Part shown: piece after piece, positions 57,669-64,000 of the stretch
How positions within the stretch are numbered: position 1 is the first letter of the stretch
How the letters are laid out: every line of letters begins with the position of its first letter
NCBI GenBank assembly: GCA_036479435.1
Contig: JAZGFI010000103.1
Span: 33,955-97,954, forward strand
Length of the DNA stretch: 64,000 bases
Direction: 5' to 3'
Origin: Planctomycetota bacterium
Lineage (GTDB): Bacteria; Planctomycetota; GCA-002687715; DRQF01
Position numbers and translations under genes: made by a program
Notes under the pieces: model-generated
The model's database searches: none
What the model was told of the DNA's origin: nothing
The model's input: only the letters and a program-made list of their open reading frames with translations

Positions 57669-58148
57669 CTCGCCCCAAGCCGCGGAGACGCTCAGCCTCG
57701 CGCCAATTGTGAACGCTGCGCTCGCCGTTGGCGTATCTTACGACACCGTTCCCGATTTCGATCTTGGTAAGCAAACCGCCGAGCGTCGCCTCAACGTGTT
57801 CAAAGAAACCTGTGATCCCTCAAGACGCGATGCGATCGGCGAACTCCTGAAGATTCTCTGATTCGCATCCTATCGGCGAGGGCTCTTCGCGCTGGCCTTA
57901 GTGCTAAGGGAAGGAAGCGTTACGGCGGAGTCACGCCGTTACCAACAAATCCCATTGCCGATGAACGGGGCTTTGCGCAGCTGGACGTTCAACGGCCTCC
58001 AAAGGCCTCTGCTTGCCGATAGGGCGCTCCGTGCGCCTTCTGGCACCCTCTTTGCATTTGCTTGGTAGACACGCTCGATCCCCCAGCCGGATTGCTCCGC
58101 CGATCGTGACCTTCTGCCATGTGGTCCCAGTGACCCCGGAGAAACGCC

Positions 58149-60083
58149 ATGAAACATCTCATCTATCTAACTTCGTTCTTGGGAGCCTTGCTCCTAGCCA
58201 CCAGCCTGGTCTTTGCGCACGGCGGGAATTACACCGGTCCCGGCGGCACCGGCAGCAGCGGTGGCTTTTCACCATCGGGCGGCGGTACGCCCGGACCTGG
58301 GCCGGCTCCGGGAGGAGGCTCCACTCCTGGCGGCGGAGGAAACGGTGGTGGAGCCACTCCCCGCGGCAGCGGGTTGCCTGGAGGCCCCCCGGGTCCTGGA
58401 GGCGGCCTACCCGGTGGCGGGGGCTTTGGCGGTGGCCCTGGAAACGCCACGGGCGGCGGCAAGAAAAAGCCCTCTGACTCCAACACCACCTGGGCCGCTT
58501 GGTGGTTCTTCAACGACGATCGTTTCTTGAACCTCAAGGCCAAGATCCGGGCCGAGCGCGCCACGACCGATATCGACGATGCCTTCATGGGATCGGACAC
58601 GTCTGATTTGGGTCACAACAAACTCTCCGCTCGCAAGATTCGCGACGGTGTTCTTCCCGTGCTGCGCTTAGCGCTCAAAGACGGCCACTACGATACTCGT
58701 GCAGCCGCCGTCATCGCCTTAGGTAAGGCCGGAATGCCCGACGATCTGGCGGAGATTAAGACGCTCCTCGGCGACCGCGACAAGCGCGTGCGCGAGTCAT
58801 CGGCCTTGGCACTCGGCATCTTGGGCAACAAAAAAGCCCTACCCGAACTCATCGCCATCATGAACAACACAGCGTGGGCCCGAAAAGAACTGCGTCAAGG
58901 AGGCGAAGTTCTGCCGCGCACGCGCGCCTTCGCCGCCATGGCCTTGGGACTGATCGGTGGTCGTACGGACATTTCTGACACCGCCGCTTTCACCGCCCTC
59001 GTTCAACTCATGAACGACAAGCACACCACAAAGGCCCAGATCGATCTCACTGTGGGGCCCATCGTTGCGCTCGGGATCATGAACGACAAAGCCGCCGTAC
59101 CTGAGCTCGTACGCTACCTTGAAAATCGTGAAAACCGCACCACCGCCCGCGCCTACGCTGCCATTTCGCTCGGGAAACTCGGCGACCGTTCCGCGACGGC
59201 TTCCTTGCTCCGCGCTCTCAAGGCCAAGCACGGCGCCATCGTCGAATCCGCCGCGATCGCTTTGGGACAGATCCTTGAACCTAGCGACAAAAAGGCGGTC
59301 AAGCGCCTGCGTCGACTGGTTGCAAGCTCTCCCATTCAGTCGGTGCGCAACTTCGCCATCATGTCCTTGGGTCAAATCGGCGGTGAAGAGAACCGTCAAT
59401 TCCTCACCACTACCGTCACTCGCGGCAAAGCCCTCCAACGTCCTTTCGCCTCGATGGCACTCGGCGTCTTTTACTACAACCACCCGCACTACGATCATCG
59501 CAAGGCAACCGGCATTCTGCTTCATGGCGAATTCAAAGCCACCAAGAACCCCTCTGAACTCGGCGCACATGCGATTGCCCTGGGGCTGATGCAGTTTGAC
59601 ACCGCTGGTGCCGACATTCTGAAGACCCTAAACAAGGGCGGCCAGGCCTCGATGCGCCAACACCTAGCGATCTCTTTGGGGCTCATGAGCTACCAAGACG
59701 CCATCCCGGACATCCGTACCCTCGTGGAGGAAAAGGGCGATGTTGACTTGCGACGCAATGCTGCGATCGCCCTCGGTCTGCTCGGCGACCGCGGTGCGAT
59801 GAGTTTCCTAAGTGAGCAAATCGCCGACTCTGCGAATTCGCAGGCGGTCCTCGGGGCCGTGACGCGAGGCCTCGGCTTCATCGGCGATGCCAGTGCTGTC
59901 CCGCTTCTGACTGAAATGGTTCGCGACGCCAAAAAGTACAAGGACAACACACGCGCCTTTTCGGCCGTTGCCTTGGGGCTCTTGGGCGACAAAGACCCGC
60001 TGCCTTTCACGACAGCCATCGCCGAGAACAACAACTACATCCAGCGCACGGACGCCATCCGCGAGCTCCTCACTATCCTTTAA
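58149..60083 (+). CDS. secreted HEAT-repeat (PBS-lyase-type) protein with Gly/Pro-rich N-terminal region, paralogue 2
   Basis: Collinear with paralogue 1 over the whole length (same signal peptide, HGGNYTGPGGTG start, WAAWWFFNDDRFLNLKAK block, identical C-terminal IQRTDAIRExLTIL). ~85 bp of upstream DNA is also conserved. Confidence 0.7.
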   Translation: MKHLIYLTSFLGALLLATSLVFAHGGNYTGPGGTGSSGGFSPSGGGTPGPGPAPGGGSTPGGGGNGGGATPRGSGLPGGPPGPGGGLPGGGGFGGGPGNATGGGKKKPSDSNTTWAAWWFFNDDRFLNLKAKIRAERATTDIDDAFMGSDTSDLGHNKLSARKIRDGVLPVLRLALKDGHYDTRAAAVIALGKAGMPDDLAEIKTLLGDRDKRVRESSALALGILGNKKALPELIAIMNNTAWARKELRQGGEVLPRTRAFAAMALGLIGGRTDISDTAAFTALVQLMNDKHTTKAQIDLTVGPIVALGIMNDKAAVPELVRYLENRENRTTARAYAAISLGKLGDRSATASLLRALKAKHGAIVESAAIALGQILEPSDKKAVKRLRRLVASSPIQSVRNFAIMSLGQIGGEENRQFLTTTVTRGKALQRPFASMALGVFYYNHPHYDHRKATGILLHGEFKATKNPSELGAHAIALGLMQFDTAGADILKTLNKGGQASMRQHLAISLGLMSYQDAIPDIRTLVEEKGDVDLRRNAAIALGLLGDRGAMSFLSEQIADSANSQAVLGAVTRGLGFIGDASAVPLLTEMVRDAKKYKDNTRAFSAVALGLLGDKDPLPFTTAIAENNNYIQRTDAIRELLTIL

Positions 60084-60163
60084 ACCCAAGCGGTGCCTAG
60101 CACCGCGACCTCATCAATCGGTGTTTAGCACCGCGCGTCACTTGCCTGTACCTGGCACTCAAT

Positions 60164-60187
60164 AGTGACGGCGTGGTGCCTGGCACC
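60164..60187. repeat. 24-nt element AGTGACGGCGTGGTGCCTGGCACC, identical (inverted) to 13260-13283; part of a cluster of GGTGCCTGGCACC-like palindromes at 60098-60187
   Basis: The reverse complement of 13260-13283 (ggtgccaggcaccacgccgtcact) equals 60164-60187 exactly. Degenerate copies: cggtgcctagcaccgcg (60098-60114), cggtgtttagcaccgcg (60119-60135), cctggcact (60150-60158). Confidence 0.8.
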
Positions 60188-60193
60188 CAATAA

Positions 60194-60697
60194 TCAGATT
60201 CGTCTTAGCCAAAAGGCCAAGGAGATGGCGATGAGGAGACCGGCGGTGAGGGCGATCCAGGAACGCTTTTGAAGACCGGCTGCAGAGTCGAGGTATTGCT
60301 CGGCATTTTTCGTTTGGGTGCGGTAGTGCTGGATAACGTCTTCGCGATCATCGAGAGAGGCGGCGCGCCGAAAGGCGTCGACGGCCGCGCGGTGATGGTT
60401 TTGCGAACCGAGAATGGCACCCTTCAATCCCCAGTTAAGGGATTGTTTGGCGTCGAGTTCAATGGCGCGTTCAGCACTTTTGAGAGCGGAATCGAGGTCG
60501 CCGAGATCGCGAAAAGCGGACGACAAAAAATGGTGACCCCAGGGATCGCGCGGAAATGTTTGCGTGTGAGTTCTGAGATTTTCGATGGGCCGAGAAGAAT
60601 TGGCGAAAATTTCCTGGGCGCGTAGGTAGTCCGAAGGCGAGGCGTCGTTTTGTACGCCAGCACTGAACAGAGCACAGACTAGGGCAAGGGAAAACAT
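60194..60697 (-). CDS. small secreted TPR-like repeat protein
   Basis: Signal peptide MFSLALVCALFSAGVQ. Helical-repeat composition with an ALKSAERAIELDAKQSLNWGLKGAIL TPR-like motif. Confidence 0.45.
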   Translation of the reverse strand: MFSLALVCALFSAGVQNDASPSDYLRAQEIFANSSRPIENLRTHTQTFPRDPWGHHFLSSAFRDLGDLDSALKSAERAIELDAKQSLNWGLKGAILGSQNHHRAAVDAFRRAASLDDREDVIQHYRTQTKNAEQYLDSAAGLQKRSWIALTAGLLIAISLAFWLRRI

Positions 60698-60702
60698 GCC
60701 AG

Positions 60703-62352
60703 CTAGTCTCCTTTGAGCCAGCGGTCGGTGAGGGACTCGACGGGCGCGTGGTGGTCGCGAAGGATCGGAGCTTCGGAAGATGGGCTAAAGTCGCTGCTAA
60801 AACGCGCGGCGTAGCGACCCGTGCTTTGGAGGTTTTTTGGAAACACCTTGGCGGAAGGCCAGGCGACCGGGCCATGGGGTCGCGCCCACATCATCGTGTT
60901 GCCCCACCATTGCACCGGCGTCACGCGCAAATGCTCGTAGCCGCCGTCCTGCAGGCTGCGTCCGATGCTCTGAATCAGGCCTTGGCCGAGATCCGTACCA
61001 CTGACGTTGAGGGCGAGAATGCCACCGGGAGCCAGACGCTTTTTTGTCAGCTTAAAGAACTCGGTCGTGACGAGGTGGAAAGGGATGTCGATCTGGCGGG
61101 CGTAGGCGTCGACGATGATCAAGTCGTAGAGTTGAGTGCTCGCCGCCAAAAAAGCCCGGCCATCCAAGGCTAGGCTGCGGTCGTGGGGCCCCTTTTCGTA
61201 GCCGAAACGCTCCTCAAGTCCGATGACAGCGGGATCAATCTCAACGTTGATGATGGAGGCGACGTGCTCGTCCCAAAGGGTACGAAAAAGGCGGGCCATG
61301 GTTCCGGCTCCGCTTCCCAAGACCGCGATGCGGATCGCCTTGTCGGCGGCAAAAAGTCCGGGCAAGAGCGCGAAGGTGTCGTAGTACTTGCCGCCGGTGG
61401 TGTCGGCGTCTTTGAGTAGGAGCGAGTGAAACTCGTTAACGCCTTCATCAATACGAAGCAGCAATTCCGTCTCGCCAGCGAGAGCTGGTTCAACCGGTTC
61501 GGCCTCGACGAGACGTAGATACTGATAGGCCGTTTCGTACTCGATGAGTTTCGACTCGCCACCTAGGGCCGGTCGCAGCGGCCGCCCATTCAAGCCCAAG
61601 CCAGATAACAACAGCAAGATGCCCAAAGCTGCGGCGGTCTTTCCTTGGGTCTTGCCTCGAAGCAACAAGAACGCGGCCGGCAGGCCTAAGAACGCACCAG
61701 CGATCAACAGTGAGGCTCGGGAGCCGACCGTCGGAATAAGGAAATAGGTCGGCAGAAAGGTCCCCAGAAGGCTGCCGAAAGTGCCAACGCCGAAGACCAA
61801 GCCAGAGGCGCGTCCGGCATCGATATTCGGCATCGCGGCGAGCCGGGCCACGATCTGCGGCGTAACCGAGGCTAAAAGGAATGCCGGTGGTGCGAAAAGA
61901 AAAAGTGAGACAACCAAAGAGCCCATTTGAAGGCCGCGGCGAAGCGCGGTCGCGTCGACCGATGCCTCGGGTGCCGGCAATAGCCAGGTACTAAGCAAGG
62001 GGACGAGCCAGGGGATGAGGGCGGCGCAGCCCGCCGCCCCGATGAGGTGAAAGGCAACCCGGCGCGGAGCCCGCGGGCGATGGGCGAGCTTGCCGCCAAA
62101 CTGATAACCGAGAGCTAAGGCGAACAGAATAACGCCGATGACGTTCGTCCAGACAAAGCTGGAGCTGCCGAAATAGGGCTGCATGATGCGAGGTGCGGTG
62201 AGCTCAAAGAGCATGGTTCCCGCGCCCGCCGCGAAGGCAACAAACAGCCAGCTCGTCAGCGACGGGCTGGCTTGAGAATCGCTTGACGTTGGTTCGCTCA
62301 CGACGGCTGAGGATCGCAAGAGCCTAGCTCTTTTCCTCTTCCTTTTTCTCAT
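60703..62352 (-). CDS. fused polytopic membrane domain + spermidine-synthase-like (class I SAM MTase fold) protein
   Basis: N-terminal ~220 aa with ~7 TM helices. C-terminal region with IAVLGSGAGTMARLF (GxGxG), YDLIIVDAY and GGILALNV typical of spermine/spermidine synthase family proteins. Confidence 0.6.
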   Translation of the reverse strand: MRKRKRKRARLLRSSAVVSEPTSSDSQASPSLTSWLFVAFAAGAGTMLFELTAPRIMQPYFGSSSFVWTNVIGVILFALALGYQFGGKLAHRPRAPRRVAFHLIGAAGCAALIPWLVPLLSTWLLPAPEASVDATALRRGLQMGSLVVSLFLFAPPAFLLASVTPQIVARLAAMPNIDAGRASGLVFGVGTFGSLLGTFLPTYFLIPTVGSRASLLIAGAFLGLPAAFLLLRGKTQGKTAAALGILLLLSGLGLNGRPLRPALGGESKLIEYETAYQYLRLVEAEPVEPALAGETELLLRIDEGVNEFHSLLLKDADTTGGKYYDTFALLPGLFAADKAIRIAVLGSGAGTMARLFRTLWDEHVASIINVEIDPAVIGLEERFGYEKGPHDRSLALDGRAFLAASTQLYDLIIVDAYARQIDIPFHLVTTEFFKLTKKRLAPGGILALNVSGTDLGQGLIQSIGRSLQDGGYEHLRVTPVQWWGNTMMWARPHGPVAWPSAKVFPKNLQSTGRYAARFSSDFSPSSEAPILRDHHAPVESLTDRWLKGD

Positions 62353-63913
62353 CGCCCTCTTCGGTTTTGGCGTTCTGCTCTGCAGGTGACAGCTCGGTCA
62401 CGACGATTGTCGTCGTCTTAAAACGCACCGTATCGTAGGGGCGGCCGCGCATCGACCTGATCATTTCCGACACTGATCGCGCCGGGATTTTGGCGATTAC
62501 AGGGATTCCGTTGGCAAAGATCCGCACGGGGCGATCTAAGTCCAATATCTCATCGTTCAAGAAGAAGGAGAGGCTGTGCACGCCGTCACCGGTCACGCGA
62601 ATGGTATTCGCTTCCTTGTCGATCTCGAACAAGATGTCGATCGCACCTTCGTTTTTCTCGCGGCCAATGTCGTGCCCGTTGATGCGGACGTAAGAAGCAG
62701 ATCTGAAGATCGGGTTGTCGGTCACAATCCGCATTTTGGGCGGATAGGCTTCGAGTTTTTTGCCTTCAATGAAGGCGGCAATTTTGTCAGCCGCGTCCCA
62801 CACGGGGTCAATGATCTGCCCCCCTAAGACCTTGGTGTTGAGCTTTTCAGGCGCGTCGAGCTCGAGAATTTCGGCATTCCACTTTTGCTCCACAACGATC
62901 TTTTTGAAGGCGGCCCATTCTTCGGCGCGGGTCTTACCGTCGCGCTCCTTTTTGTGCGGCTTGCGGTGGATCAGCAGCGTGGGCAGCTGGGCTAAACCGG
63001 GAAACAACGCCTTTTTTTGCAAGACGCCCTGTCGCGCAATCACTCCAGCGAAACTGTCGATGCCAAAAAGAGCGGCCAACTCTAATGCCATCGTCGCGCC
63101 TCGGCCGCTGCCTTCGACGAAAACCCGCTCAATATCGATGTTGAAGGACTGTTGCACCGTCCGTAACGGCCTGACCATCGCTTGGGCGTGCAGCGCATCG
63201 AACCACTTAAAATCGCGTTCCGCGGCGTTCTTGCTCTTTCTACTTTTGTCGGAAATAGTCGGCGCGATGATGATGAACTTGTCAGCAACGGCCCGAGTAG
63301 CTTTGTTCGCGAGCCAGACTTTGTTGATGTAGTCTTTGCCCGTGCCGTAGACGCGTGCAGATTTTCGGTCGTGGAAGCAGAGGATGACCGGCCAGGAGAC
63401 CTTAGGGTCGTATTTTTTGGGAACCGAGACCGCATATTCAAACTCGACGGCTTCGCCCTGGACTTTGAAGCTGACGCGGCTGACCGAAACGCCCTTTTTC
63501 ATTTTCTTGGCTTTCATGCGCGCCGTGTGATGCTCGGCGTGCAGGGTATTCCAGGCTTCCGTGTCGGCGAGCGCGTCGCCTACCCCCTTTTTCTCGGACC
63601 ATTTCTCCAAGGCCTCGCGGAGTTTTCGTACGCCGCTATTGTTCCCCTTTTCCATCGCCTTTAGGTAGAGCGGACGGATCATCTTCAGGTCGCCTTTGGA
63701 GAGTTTGGCTTTCGGTTTCGATTCCGATTTTTCTTGGTCCTGAGCCCTTAGGGTCGTGGCTGCCAACATGAGACCAGCCAGCGCTAGCCCTAGTGAAAAC
63801 AAGCTGAACCATCTCGGCTGGCAAGGCGATGAGTCTGGGGTTGAGTTTGAGTCTGAGTCTGAATTCATTGGGAACGATTCGCCCTGGCGGTGTGCGGTGA
63901 AGGCGCTGGTCAT
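62324..63913 (-). CDS. secreted alpha/beta-hydrolase-like protein (esterase/PHB-depolymerase-like)
   Basis: Signal peptide. WPVILCFHD segment. GSGRGATMA is a possible nucleophile elbow. Confidence 0.4.
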   Translation of the reverse strand: MTSAFTAHRQGESFPMNSDSDSNSTPDSSPCQPRWFSLFSLGLALAGLMLAATTLRAQDQEKSESKPKAKLSKGDLKMIRPLYLKAMEKGNNSGVRKLREALEKWSEKKGVGDALADTEAWNTLHAEHHTARMKAKKMKKGVSVSRVSFKVQGEAVEFEYAVSVPKKYDPKVSWPVILCFHDRKSARVYGTGKDYINKVWLANKATRAVADKFIIIAPTISDKSRKSKNAAERDFKWFDALHAQAMVRPLRTVQQSFNIDIERVFVEGSGRGATMALELAALFGIDSFAGVIARQGVLQKKALFPGLAQLPTLLIHRKPHKKERDGKTRAEEWAAFKKIVVEQKWNAEILELDAPEKLNTKVLGGQIIDPVWDAADKIAAFIEGKKLEAYPPKMRIVTDNPIFRSASYVRINGHDIGREKNEGAIDILFEIDKEANTIRVTGDGVHSLSFFLNDEILDLDRPVRIFANGIPVIAKIPARSVSEMIRSMRGRPYDTVRFKTTTIVVTELSPAEQNAKTEEGDEKKEEEKS

Positions 63914-64000
63914 TTTTTGCTTACTCCTCGTGCGAGAGTCGAAATTCTATCGGGGGCGGTGTGAAGCCGCAAATCCCCTCAACTTCCGCGCTTTCGGTTC

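Overview
High-GC (~60%) bacterial chromosomal segment. It is densely coding on both strands, with frequent 4-nt start/stop overlaps (ATGA/GTGA) between adjacent genes. Most genes are core or housekeeping: dnaK, rpsA, cmk, tyrS, gdh, nadE, lpxH, rpiB, a tsaC-family gene, a RecD2-like helicase, and myo-inositol-1-phosphate synthase. Interleaved are envelope and signalling functions: a 4-gene ABC exporter built from two ATPase-permease pairs; a GldA/GldF/GldG-like ABC operon followed by a DUF4340-type gene; two sigma-54-dependent NtrC-family activators, one with an adjacent soluble histidine kinase; a REC-HK-like plus GAF-GGDEF pair divergent from a GT2-GT2-FemAB-like glycan cluster; a GT1-PilZ-M28-like set; a ~945-aa protein of carboxypeptidase-regulatory-like repeats; two tandem paralogous secreted HEAT-repeat proteins; and an orphan protein with flagellin-IN repeats. 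No transposase or integrase genes, no rRNA or tRNA genes, and no CRISPR array were found. The unexplained signals are: (i) a family of palindromic GGTGCCTGGCACC-based repeats, present as a tandem array in the recD2/GT1 divergent intergenic region and again, with a 24/24-nt identical inverted copy, 47 kb away after the HEAT-repeat genes; (ii) two unusually long, lower-GC, hairpin-rich, ORF-poor regions between convergent genes (3763-4330 and 21716-22200) that could hold structured ncRNAs; (iii) a YrdC/TsaC-LMW phosphatase fusion in a Bacillus-like ywlC-ywlE-rpiB arrangement; (iv) a candidate sigma-54 promoter upstream of the Gld-like operon. Product calls rest on motif recognition in the supplied translations, not on database searches. 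The guessed lineage (PVC-like or delta-proteobacteria-like) is inference only.
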